Origin: a virus
Lineage: Duplodnaviria > Caudoviricetes
IMG/VR virus record: IMGVR_UViG_3300042922_000517
Coordinates: 1 to 51,010 of that record
DNA: 51,010 bases
Strand: one strand, 5' to 3'
How positions within the stretch are numbered: the first letter of the stretch is position 1; every line of letters begins with the position of its first letter. A program made the translations under genes and the position numbers. Below the pieces are notes generated by a model, which saw only the letters and a list, made by a program, of their open reading frames with translations, was not told the origin of the DNA and did no database searches. Positions 37,307 to 45,304 of the stretch are shown here, one piece after another.

Positions 37307-38740
37307 GTGAGCATTTTGACTGTCGCCATATACATTAGGGTTTCGACAGATGAACAAGCAGAACAAGGCTATTCAATCGATTTTCAAAAAGAAAAGCTAA
37401 TCCATTATTGCAAATCGCAGGACTGGGACGACTACAAATTATACATAGACGATGGATATACAGGAACTAACATGGAAAGACCAGCTTTAAAACGTATGCT
37501 CCGGCATATAAAAGAAAAAAGGGTAACAGCCGTATTGGTCTACAAGTTAGATAGATTGAGTCGGAGGCAACGTGACATTTTAGAGCTTATTGAAGACGAA
37601 TTCGAAAAAAACGGAGCTTCTTTCACTTCTTCTGTTGAAAAAATCGACACTTCTACTGCTTTCGGCAAAGCTATGCTTGGTGTTTTAGCGGTTTTCGCAC
37701 AATTGGATAGGGATATGATTATCGAACGGACTACTGCCGGCAGGCGGCAAAGGGTTAGCCAGGGTAAATGGTATGGAGGGCGTATACCTTTTGGATATAG
37801 TTGGAACAGGGAATTACAGCAATTAGAAATAATACCAGAAGAAGCTCGCATAATTCGAGAATCATATAGATTATATCTAAATGGTCACTCGCGGTTGTCT
37901 ATTGCCGAATGGGCTGCTCCTCGCTGTCTTAGCAGGACAATAGATCATTCTGTAATCAGGGACATTCTTTCAAGACAAATTTATACTGGGAATCTTGGGT
38001 ATGTCGGGAATATCTATGAAGGAAAACATGAAGCCATCATTGATCAGGCTACATGGGATGCGGTTCAGATTGAGTTAGAAAAAAGAAAGGATGGAGCCAC
38101 CCCGATAGGAGTATACTTGTTAACTGGATTACTCCAATGCGGAGTATGTGGCGGAAATGTAGTCCATGTAAGAAGGAAATCAAAACATAAAAATAAGGAA
38201 TATGTCTATGAATTCTATGGATGTAAAGATCAACATGTAAGGCCAAAAGATAGAAGAGCCGGAAAAGCCTGTACAATGGGTTATATTAGGAGAGACGAAG
38301 TTGAAAAGTTTGTGATTTCAAAAATAAAGGATATCTCCTTAGACCCTACAAAAATAACTAATATGTTGAAAAACAAAAAAGGCGAAGTTTCTGATTTAAA
38401 TGAACAAGTCATGCAATTGAACGATTCACTTAAAAAAGTAAATACAAATCTCGAAAATCTATATGATGCAATTCAGAATGGAGACATTAAGGCTTCAGCT
38501 GTAAGTGATAGAATTAAAAACCTCGAATTACAAAGAGATAGACTCGAAGAAGATCTGGATGATATTTTAGACATTAACCCCAAAGCAATTGACGAAAAGA
38601 AAACACAAAAACTATTCCACGATATAGGAACTGCATGGGAATTTTTCACTGAGGACGAACAAAAGATAGCTGTCCGGAAGTTGGTAAAATCCATTTCTCT
38701 TATCAAAGGTACCCCACCAGAAATTGAATGGTTCTTCTAA
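37307..38740 (+). CDS. int: Large serine integrase
   Basis: YIRVST catalytic Ser, DRLSR, recombinase domain, CGVCG zinc ribbon, coiled coil. Confidence 0.96.
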   Translation: MSILTVAIYIRVSTDEQAEQGYSIDFQKEKLIHYCKSQDWDDYKLYIDDGYTGTNMERPALKRMLRHIKEKRVTAVLVYKLDRLSRRQRDILELIEDEFEKNGASFTSSVEKIDTSTAFGKAMLGVLAVFAQLDRDMIIERTTAGRRQRVSQGKWYGGRIPFGYSWNRELQQLEIIPEEARIIRESYRLYLNGHSRLSIAEWAAPRCLSRTIDHSVIRDILSRQIYTGNLGYVGNIYEGKHEAIIDQATWDAVQIELEKRKDGATPIGVYLLTGLLQCGVCGGNVVHVRRKSKHKNKEYVYEFYGCKDQHVRPKDRRAGKACTMGYIRRDEVEKFVISKIKDISLDPTKITNMLKNKKGEVSDLNEQVMQLNDSLKKVNTNLENLYDAIQNGDIKASAVSDRIKNLELQRDRLEEDLDDILDINPKAIDEKKTQKLFHDIGTAWEFFTEDEQKIAVRKLVKSISLIKGTPPEIEWFF

Positions 38741-38745
38741 AACGT

Positions 38746-38797
38746 TTCTTCATTCTTATTATGTTTAGACAAGACAATACATAATAAGAATGAAGAA
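38746..38797. other. Putative intact attP of the serine integrase
   Basis: Perfect 19-bp inverted arms TTCTTCATTCTTATTATGT / ACATAATAAGAATGAAGAA around a 14-bp spacer (central AA at 38771-38772), 5 bp after the int stop. Confidence 0.8.
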
Positions 38798-38810
38798 TAG
38801 TGCAGTGTCA

Positions 38811-38856
38811 TAAATACAGCTCAGTTCCCTATTATTAGAGAACCGAGCTGTATTTA
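38811..38856. terminator. Bidirectional hairpin between convergent genes
   Basis: TAAATACAGCTCAGTTC ... GAACCGAGCTGTATTTA. Confidence 0.7.
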
Positions 38857-38859
38857 TTG

Positions 38860-39102
38860 TTATGACTTAATGCTGAGAATTTCTTTAACCCCAGTTATGT
38901 AACTCTCTTCTACCGTATGTTGAGTATGGGATATAAATAAATCTCCTAACTCCATAATTATTTCTGGACTTAACGCCTCTTGACCTCTTAATATATCCAT
39001 AAATGATTTATACCCATCAGGTTTTGAATTAGCCAGTATATCGTCACTTATTTCTGAAATTCTCTTTTCTATACTTGGATTTAACCATTCCAACATATCC
39101 AT
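38860..39102 (-). CDS. Small acidic protein, candidate recombination directionality factor
   Basis: 80 aa, convergent with int across attP; function inferred from position only. Confidence 0.55.
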   Translation of the reverse strand: MDMLEWLNPSIEKRISEISDDILANSKPDGYKSFMDILRGQEALSPEIIMELGDLFISHTQHTVEESYITGVKEILSIKS

Positions 39103-39213
39103 AAATTTTCCCCCAGGTGTATTTTTGTCAATAGCTTTCTACGCGCTGAAAGCACTTATTTTTTTAATAGATATGTGTTACATTTGAATTGTATTTTTTA
39201 GAAATCATTTCAC

Positions 39214-39627
39214 TTAAGGGCTTGTCGGCCAGGACAGGCCCTTAAACAATTTTATTCCATTGCTATTTACTGTTGGAATAGCAGGGTTACCTTCACGGAA
39301 TGATCTATACCCAGAGCTAGACATAGTACAACTCTTTGTCTCTTTTTCAATATTTTCATCAAAATACGCTAGTTTGAATTCCTTATCTACAACTTTTATT
39401 TTATCTACGTTTGCCAACACTCCTCTATCTACCCTCATAAAATTCAATCCGGCCTTTTCAAATGCAGCCTCCCAAAATCTTAAGGGTCCAACGGCAACAT
39501 ATTGTTTTTCTTCGGTGTGAACTGCAATTGATAGTCTATTGTCAAATTGCATATATAAGATATCCTCGACTTTTATTTGCTGAATACCCTTGCCTTCTTC
39601 ATTTTCAGTAACTGTTAAATAGATCAT
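39214..39627 (-). CDS. Stand-alone LytTR DNA-binding protein (no receiver domain)
   Basis: EDILYMQ..VHT..FMRVDRGVLANVDKI; GGGGAG RBS supports start at 39627. Confidence 0.85.
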   Translation of the reverse strand: MIYLTVTENEEGKGIQQIKVEDILYMQFDNRLSIAVHTEEKQYVAVGPLRFWEAAFEKAGLNFMRVDRGVLANVDKIKVVDKEFKLAYFDENIEKETKSCTMSSSGYRSFREGNPAIPTVNSNGIKLFKGLSWPTSP

Positions 39628-39744
39628 ATAACCACTCCCCATCACTTTTCTTCTGTTCCCCCTTATTAATGCCGGCAATATAATCGTGTGTTATAATTCT
39701 ATCGAGATCACCTTCTTAACTTAATTTTAATAATTGGAGGTATT

Positions 39745-39972
39745 ATGGCGCTATCCTACGGATCGTGCCTGATGCGGTCCATTCGCCTCTCGAAAGGGTT
39801 GACGCAAAGCCAGTTGTCTGACCGTATATTCGATAAAACAGGGATTAGAATATCTGTCACAACGATCTCTTATTTCGAAACGAACGAGAGACAAATGTCG
39901 GCATTGCAACTGCGAGCTGCAGCAATCGCGTTAAAAACCACCGAGAAAAAGCTTTACGAATGGACAATGTAA
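39745..39972 (+). CDS. XRE-family HTH regulator
   Basis: IRLSKGLTQSQLS..TISYFETNER; GGAGG RBS. Confidence 0.85.
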   Translation: MALSYGSCLMRSIRLSKGLTQSQLSDRIFDKTGIRISVTTISYFETNERQMSALQLRAAAIALKTTEKKLYEWTM

Positions 39973-40186
39973 TGCACAGGCCGGAGTAAGTTTTTTTACT
40001 CCTCCGATAAGGACAAGTTAACAAAGCCCATAAATAAACATTTGTCAACACCGTTTCGCCCGTTGGCTTAATTCTATTAAATCCCATATCAAGATTTAAG
40101 TAAACTTAATTTCATCGCGCTGAATATTATTGAGTTACACGCGCGTTTCGACAACATATTACAAAACAATTGTGCTATAATATTCG

Positions 40187-40216
40187 CAAAAAAAGAGCCC
40201 CCTTAGGAACTCTTTT
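40187..40216 (-). terminator. Terminator of the agr-like operon
   Basis: AAAAGAG-TTCCTAAGGGGG-CTCTTTTTTT on the minus strand. Confidence 0.65.
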
Positions 40217-40221
40217 CTCGC

Positions 40222-40602
40222 CTATGCCAAACTTGTTTTTTTCTGAATTACACTGTACTTTTCCTTCGCTTTTTCAAAGTTAATATTTGTGAAGGTGCAC
40301 CGCTTCGAAGTGTGAGTTATATTTTCTTCGAAATACGCTATATGATACATTTCATCCAAAACAACTATCCTATCTAAATTAACGACATTTGTTCGATCAA
40401 CAGCAACAAAATTATATCCATTACTGTCTAACCCATTTTGCCAGTATTTTAGAGTGCCTGTTAAGAAAAATGAGGAATCAACCGTATGAACTATAACCCT
40501 ATCAATTCTACGTTCAAATTCCATGAAAGCAACCTCTTTTATAGGTAAAGAGATGAGACCGCTCTCAGCGTTAATATCTTTACTTACCACTAAGCTGTCC
40601 AC
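40222..40602 (-). CDS. Stand-alone LytTR DNA-binding protein (no receiver domain)
   Basis: KEVAFME..VIVHT..GTLKYW..FVAVDRTNVVNLDRI; paralog of 39214..39627. Confidence 0.85.
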   Translation of the reverse strand: MDSLVVSKDINAESGLISLPIKEVAFMEFERRIDRVIVHTVDSSFFLTGTLKYWQNGLDSNGYNFVAVDRTNVVNLDRIVVLDEMYHIAYFEENITHTSKRCTFTNINFEKAKEKYSVIQKKTSLA

Positions 40603-40617
40603 TTATACCATCTCCAT

Positions 40618-40734
40618 CTATTTCAGAAGTTCTTTAGGAGCATCTCCGCCATAAATGAACAATGCGCTCGCTGGAGTAACGGTCAGTAGGGCTACGAATG
40701 CCAGAGCAGAAGAAATCATATTCCATTTTTTCAT
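40618..40734 (-). CDS. agrD: AgrD-like cyclic lactone autoinducer precursor, 38 aa (not in ORF track)
   Basis: MKKWNMISSALAFVALLTVTPASALFIYGGDAPKELLK; AGGAGG RBS inside the agrB 3' end; amphipathic leader, Ser-led core and PKELLK tail. Confidence 0.88.
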   Translation of the reverse strand: MKKWNMISSALAFVALLTVTPASALFIYGGDAPKELLK

Positions 40735-40735
40735 A

Positions 40736-41260
40736 TTAGTCTTTCACCTCCTTTCGTGGAATTAAAGTCAGGGACTGTACCAGGAAGCAAGCAGCTATTA
40801 CTGCCGATCCAACTATGAGGTTCAGCGATATCAGCATTACCGAGGCTACTTTTAAATGTGGGTAATACTTCTTCGGTATTCGTGACTGATTAGCAATTCC
40901 GGACGGTGCGAACAACAATGCCAATAAGATACTGATTATAGTGAATATAGAAGTTAACAAGTGATTCACATTTACATATGAAAGGCCCACAAATAATGTA
41001 GTTGTAACGACCACACACATATCTCCCGTTTTCAAATGAAATCCACCCGATATCATTCGAAGTAATGCAAATGACGCCATAATAATTATTACTTCTTTCG
41101 TGTGTCCGGTTAACACGCCCCCGATAACCGTAAGAACAATAATGGACACCGTATTTATCAAAACAGCTAATGCATGCTTAAGCACAGCCAATGAGGCAGG
41201 GTGCTCCGGGGCTCTATTCTTCACAGCAACCGCCATTTTAAGCGATATCTGATCTATCAC
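40736..41260 (-). CDS. agrB: AgrB-family peptide-processing membrane protein
   Basis: LRMISGGFH..C catalytic motif, FAP, multiple TM helices, QSLTL end. Confidence 0.93.
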   Translation of the reverse strand: MIDQISLKMAVAVKNRAPEHPASLAVLKHALAVLINTVSIIVLTVIGGVLTGHTKEVIIIMASFALLRMISGGFHLKTGDMCVVVTTTLFVGLSYVNVNHLLTSIFTIISILLALLFAPSGIANQSRIPKKYYPHLKVASVMLISLNLIVGSAVIAACFLVQSLTLIPRKEVKD

Positions 41261-41880
41261 ATATCTCTCTCCTTTTTTATAGCATATCTAAGGAAAATTA
41301 ATAATGAAGCTACAAAGAAGATAAGAGCTATCCAAATTTCATTCACATAAAGAATAAACGTAATGGCAATTAAAAATAGAATGATAGTCGCAAGTATTAT
41401 GATAAGCTCATATTTCAATCTGAATTTTTCTAAATCAAATGAAAAACCATAGCCGAATTTATACAAAATCATTGAAATAGGTACAACAAAAACCGTAGTA
41501 GATGTTTGAAGTATGTACCCGTATGTAATATTAGACTGGGCAACATCAATAGATCCGAAGAGCAGAATAGCCAACATTGCCTGGACCATACCAAAACCAA
41601 CTAACCCCACGATTGACATCATAAATGAGCCTATCAACGATATCTTTACTACAGCTGCATACAACAGGGTGAAAAAGAGTACGTTAATTAATGGAGCTAG
41701 GTATGCAAGAGACAACTCATTCCGCAAAATGAAACTTTGTAAATTCATGAGCAAAATTACAAATAGCGCTTCCCAAAAGTAGTCCATTATTTTAAATCTG
41801 AAAACACTCATACTTAACGCATACCAGGCGAAAACTTCTAATGTTGAAAAAAATACAAACCCAATCGGCTCTAACGACAC
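41257..41880 (-). CDS. Polytopic membrane protein resembling an AgrC sensor domain, with no kinase domain
   Basis: About 7 TM segments; ends right after the last TM with its stop overlapping the agrB start; likely GTG start at 41880 after AGGCGG. Confidence 0.7.
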   Translation of the reverse strand: MSLEPIGFVFFSTLEVFAWYALSMSVFRFKIMDYFWEALFVILLMNLQSFILRNELSLAYLAPLINVLFFTLLYAAVVKISLIGSFMMSIVGLVGFGMVQAMLAILLFGSIDVAQSNITYGYILQTSTTVFVVPISMILYKFGYGFSFDLEKFRLKYELIIILATIILFLIAITFILYVNEIWIALIFFVASLLIFLRYAIKKERDM

Positions 41881-42000
41881 AAAACAACACCGCCTGACAT
41901 AATTTTCATTCAATAGATTAATTATAGTTGTTTATACCTATCTGAGTATACTAAAATATGCATTTATAGAGTACGGTCAGGCGGCTTGTTACGCGATCAT

Positions 42001-42246
42001 TCACACATCGATTTCTTCCCATCCGGGAGGCAGTTCATCTTCGGCAACCGGCTCCAGAGATTCTGCCTCAATCATGACCAGTAAGATATTCCCGATGTCT
42101 ACCGATGCCCCTTTGATGACCTTCTTATTATCCAGTGACTTTGTCTCCCCGACAGCAACGACATTACCCACCCGGCCGCCGTAGCCGCTGGGATGACCCT
42201 CGCTGATCCGGACCGGCAGCCCCACATGTAAATCCTCTAATCTCAT
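42001..42246 (-). CDS. Hypothetical protein (KOW/SH3-like)
   Basis: Likely start MRLEDLHVG overlapping the previous stop. Confidence 0.6.
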   Translation of the reverse strand: MRLEDLHVGLPVRISEGHPSGYGGRVGNVVAVGETKSLDNKKVIKGASVDIGNILLVMIEAESLEPVAEDELPPGWEEIDV

Positions 42247-42485
42247 TGCATGACCACCTTTCCGGTGCGCCGCAGCCAATCCATTTTTGCGGTAATATCT
42301 GCCTCCCACTTCACATCTTTTGTTTTTCTCGCTTCAATTAATTGGTTGTTGAAGAAATTCATGTCCAGGCAGTAATCGGCATTCACTTTCATACAATGCT
42401 GCAGTTCCATACCCAAGTCATCCGATAATGGACCTTTCAAATGCTCTTGAAAGATTTCGGCAAGTCTATTGTGTACTGGCAACAT
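42243..42485 (-). CDS. Hypothetical protein
   Basis: AGGAGTG RBS before MLPVHNRLAE. Confidence 0.65.
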   Translation of the reverse strand: MLPVHNRLAEIFQEHLKGPLSDDLGMELQHCMKVNADYCLDMNFFNNQLIEARKTKDVKWEADITAKMDWLRRTGKVVMQ

Positions 42486-42536
42486 ATCTATCACTCCTAT
42501 ACATGCGAGGGCGCGCGCTGCCCTCTAATGGCGGTT

Positions 42537-42621
42537 TCCGCGACCATCCCGGCATAATTGTCCGGTAGGTTTCGACCAGGCCCGCAGCCGGTCCAAGGCG
42601 CTTATGCGCTCATCAGGCGGA
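42537..42621 (-). ncRNA. Type I hammerhead ribozyme with core insertion
   Basis: UCCGC-CUGAUGA-[GCGC AUAA GCGC CUUG]-GACC..GGUC-GAAA-CC..GG-UC^GCGGA; all core nucleotides and stems I-III present; intergenic, on the sense strand. Confidence 0.8.
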
Positions 42622-42626
42622 TTAAG

Positions 42627-42842
42627 TTACCCTGCTATCAGGTCCTTCACGGACATTGTTTTAGCTTTCCCGTATTCGCATTTTTCGAGAATGTGGATAG
42701 CATTCACAAGGGCTTTACACGTTCCGTATGACGGGCAAACGGACAGTTTCTTGTAGCCACCCTTGCCGTTCTTCCATTCCCTCCGAAGCATATCCAGTTC
42801 CGGAGAGAGAAATTGACTCAGGGCATTGATTGCGTGATCCAT
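42627..42842 (-). CDS. Hypothetical protein
   Basis: Coupled ORF; CPSYGTC. Confidence 0.6.
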   Translation of the reverse strand: MDHAINALSQFLSPELDMLRREWKNGKGGYKKLSVCPSYGTCKALVNAIHILEKCEYGKAKTMSVKDLIAG

Positions 42843-42843
42843 G

Positions 42844-43038
42844 TCATTCCCCCGTTTCTTTAAACGTTTCTAGTGCCCCTAAAATGATTTCAATATCTCG
42901 GAGCTTCTTGAAAGGTGATCCGTCACCAGTGACGACTGCTTTGATTAGCCCGACTGCCGCAGGATAACGATACCGTTCGCCTTCCACGGCTATTTGTGCT
43001 GCTCTGCGCCTAACTTCTTCACGATCCATTTTCCGCAT
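42844..43038 (-). CDS. Hypothetical protein
   Basis: AAGGAGG RBS. Confidence 0.65.
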   Translation of the reverse strand: MRKMDREEVRRRAAQIAVEGERYRYPAAVGLIKAVVTGDGSPFKKLRDIEIILGALETFKETGE

Positions 43039-43068
43039 TTCCTCCTTTAGAGGGGCCGTAGCCCCGTG

Positions 43069-43248
43069 TTATTTAACGATAAGAGCATCGCAGCAACGAA
43101 TCTGATGATTCACTCCATTCCGTTCAAGCTGAAAGTATGTTCTTGGACGATCTTTGTCGCGTTCAACTTCAAACACTTCCCCGAGGTATTGTCCGTACCA
43201 CCAAACCATTGCTTCCTTCGGCAACTCGTTCTTAATTTTCACTTTCAT
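43069..43248 (-). CDS. 59-aa hypothetical protein (not in ORF track)
   Basis: GGGAGG RBS; MKVKIKNELPKEAMVWWYGQYLGEVFEVE..DALIVK. Confidence 0.6.
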   Translation of the reverse strand: MKVKIKNELPKEAMVWWYGQYLGEVFEVERDKDRPRTYFQLERNGVNHQIRCCDALIVK

Positions 43249-43278
43249 CCCTTATCCCTCCCGCGTATGCCCGCCGGA

Positions 43279-43461
43279 TTAGATTTTTTGTGGATCTATT
43301 GAGATTACTGCAGAGTATCCGATCTCATCTTCATAGTCGCTCTCTGCGATAGCCAATGCTTCCGGCTGTGTTTTAGCGCGCCGTTTTATTTCCCGATATG
43401 GCTGATTGATGAAATGAACTTCAAAATCGTATTCGTTATCTTTATCCAAAAACATCACCAC
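43279..43461 (-). CDS. Hypothetical protein
   Basis: First gene of the leftward accessory operon; AAGGTGG RBS. Confidence 0.55.
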   Translation of the reverse strand: MVMFLDKDNEYDFEVHFINQPYREIKRRAKTQPEALAIAESDYEDEIGYSAVISIDPQKI

Positions 43462-43531
43462 CTTATTAAATATCGTTATTTGGTTATTTCGTTATTTACA
43501 ATATACTCCTGCCTTCCATGATTGTCAACAC

Positions 43532-43553
43532 ATATAACGATATTGCGTTATAT
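43532..43553. promoter_or_regulatory. Palindromic operator between divergent genes
   Basis: ATATAACG-N6-CGTTATAT; further CGTTAT-like half sites at 43474-43496. Confidence 0.55.
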
Positions 43554-43593
43554 CTATAAAGGTGGTAAATTTACATAAAGGGGGCTTGTCCAA

Positions 43594-43800
43594 ATGATTC
43601 GGATTAAATTACAGGAGATACTTGGCGAGAGAGGAATAACACAGAAGCAACTTTCGGAACTTTGCAAGTTGAGGCCTACAACTATAAGTGAGTTATGCAA
43701 TAACATCCGTTCTACCATTAACCGCGAACATCTTGAAAAGGTCATGGTAGCTCTTGAGATTAAGGATATATCTGAAATAATCGAATATAAGGAGGAATAG
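43594..43800 (+). CDS. Cro/C1-type (YozG-like) HTH regulator
   Basis: IRIKLQEIL.ERGITQKQLS..TISELCNN..ISEIIEY; paralog of 48554..48766. Confidence 0.88.
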   Translation: MIRIKLQEILGERGITQKQLSELCKLRPTTISELCNNIRSTINREHLEKVMVALEIKDISEIIEYKEE

Positions 43801-43804
43801 TGGG

Positions 43805-43996
43805 ATGGACAAAGAAACGTGGGAGATACTTAATAAGTACTCAGACATTTTGTCGTACCTAATAAAGAAAGTGGAGCAACTGGAGTTGCAAAGCAATAAT
43901 CCAGACTACCATTACACAAAATTGCAGAAACAGATCGGAGAAATCCAGGCCACCCTTGTAAACATCGAAAAAGAGCAACAATCCCCGCCAGTATAA
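43805..43996 (+). CDS. Small coiled-coil protein
   Basis: AGGAGG RBS; followed by a terminator. Confidence 0.6.
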   Translation: MDKETWEILNKYSDILSYLIKKVEQLELQSNNPDYHYTKLQKQIGEIQATLVNIEKEQQSPPV

Positions 43997-44016
43997 TCAC
44001 TGACGGGGTTTCTTTT
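43983..44016 (+). terminator. Intrinsic terminator
   Basis: CCCCGCCAGT-ATAATC-ACTGACGGGG-TTTCTTTT. Confidence 0.7.
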
Positions 44017-44083
44017 GCTTAATACATAGAAATATTTACCTCCATCTGATAAACTGTCCGTATTAATCCATATGGAGGTATTT

Positions 44084-44827
44084 ATGAATAAGAAAAAGTT
44101 AATAGTATCTGCTATTGCTGCGTTGATGTTGGTATCATCTTTCACTGCCGGCGCTTATGCTGCCACTAAGTTCAAATTGATTGTAAATGGCAAAGCATCC
44201 TCTGCAGATATCCGCGAAATCAATGGATCTACTTATGTTCCTTTAAAGGATGTCGCTGAATTGCTTGGAGCAAAGGTCGGATTTGACAACAACACAAAGA
44301 CAGTAACCATTACCAGCCAAGGGCAGAGCTCTCCATCTCAAACAAGCACACCTGCTGCAGCTGCTCAAAATAGCCGCACGAAGCCTGCAGCAATCGGATC
44401 TACTATTCCTTTTGCCGTTGATTCTGTAGTAAATAAATACAGTGGGCAGGTAACTATATCTCAGATTATCCGCGGGGACGAAGCGTGGAGCATGATTCAA
44501 AGCACTAATCAATTCAATGAAGCACCAAAGGATGGATTCGAATATTTACTTGCTAAAGCTAAAGTTAGTATTACAGCAAATAATAAGGCAGCTGACGGCG
44601 CTGTAGATATCTGGAGTGGTGACTTCACCTTAGTTTCAGCAGCCGGCACTGATTATGATCGGCTGAGTGTAGTCTTACCTGATCCCGGAATAGATGCTAA
44701 TATTTATGCTGGATCCTCGAAAGAGGGCTGGGTAGCATTCCAAGTTAAAAAGGATGATTTATCTCCGGTTATCAGCTATGCACGTAAGTATGACGGTACC
44801 GGCGGCGCTTGGTTTAAAACAAACTAA
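44084..44827 (+). CDS. Secreted surface protein: signal peptide, copper-amine-oxidase-N (stalk) domain, DUF4352-like domain
   Basis: MNKKKLIVSAIAALML..AYA; STYVPLKDVAELLGAKV; S/T/Q linker; C-terminal Ig-like domain (IYAGSSKEGWVAFQV). Confidence 0.8.
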   Translation: MNKKKLIVSAIAALMLVSSFTAGAYAATKFKLIVNGKASSADIREINGSTYVPLKDVAELLGAKVGFDNNTKTVTITSQGQSSPSQTSTPAAAAQNSRTKPAAIGSTIPFAVDSVVNKYSGQVTISQIIRGDEAWSMIQSTNQFNEAPKDGFEYLLAKAKVSITANNKAADGAVDIWSGDFTLVSAAGTDYDRLSVVLPDPGIDANIYAGSSKEGWVAFQVKKDDLSPVISYARKYDGTGGAWFKTN

Positions 44828-44833
44828 ATTATT

Positions 44834-44867
44834 AAAAGGCCTCGGGGAATTCCTCGGGCCTTTTTTT
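44834..44867. terminator. Bidirectional intrinsic terminator
   Basis: AAAAGGCCTCGGGG-AATT-CCTCGGGCCTTTTTTT between convergent genes. Confidence 0.8.
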
Positions 44868-44874
44868 GTGGCGT

Positions 44875-45276
44875 CTATTTAATATGATCTTTTAACGCCT
44901 CCCCTACCTCAGTTGTATACCGAGTAAGTCGTAGGCTGATTTCTGTCCGCATCACGTCCCGAGTCATTCCAAAGCGCTCCTGATATCCCCGGAAGAAGAT
45001 AGTATTATACGTGATGAAATCGTCCTGCGTATCCTCAACCACTTTGATATCTCGCTTCTTGAGCTCCTGACGCAACTGGTAGACATCTTTCACAATCTGC
45101 TTTTGGATATAACGGCCGGCAGTTACATAGGCTCTTCGGAGTACGTTTCCAGAGAGCTCTATTTCCTTTATGCTCTTGGCGACCATTGTATCTATGTATG
45201 GCAGCAGGATAAGATCCCGGATCATTGTTCTTTCTTCAACTGTCAGCATTTTATGTCCAGAGTTCACATTGCTCAT
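44875..45276 (-). CDS. YhjD-like protein
   Basis: EERTMIRDLILLP..DVYQLRQELKKRDIKV..FRGYQERF resembles Bacillus YhjD; SOS box upstream. Confidence 0.6.
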   Translation of the reverse strand: MSNVNSGHKMLTVEERTMIRDLILLPYIDTMVAKSIKEIELSGNVLRRAYVTAGRYIQKQIVKDVYQLRQELKKRDIKVVEDTQDDFITYNTIFFRGYQERFGMTRDVMRTEISLRLTRYTTEVGEALKDHIK

Positions 45277-45304
45277 GAATTCGCCCCCATGAACCTATTA
45301 TATG

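Noticed and set aside
41257-41913. agrC pseudogene
   Set aside because: No kinase remnant in any frame, the stop overlaps the agrB start, and the partner LytTR proteins also lack receiver domains, so the truncation looks coordinated.
41927-41975. Canonical LytTR direct-repeat binding site upstream of the agr-like operon
   Set aside because: Only a 5-bp TACTC repeat with 25-bp spacing, not the approx. 21-bp spacing of AgrA-type sites.
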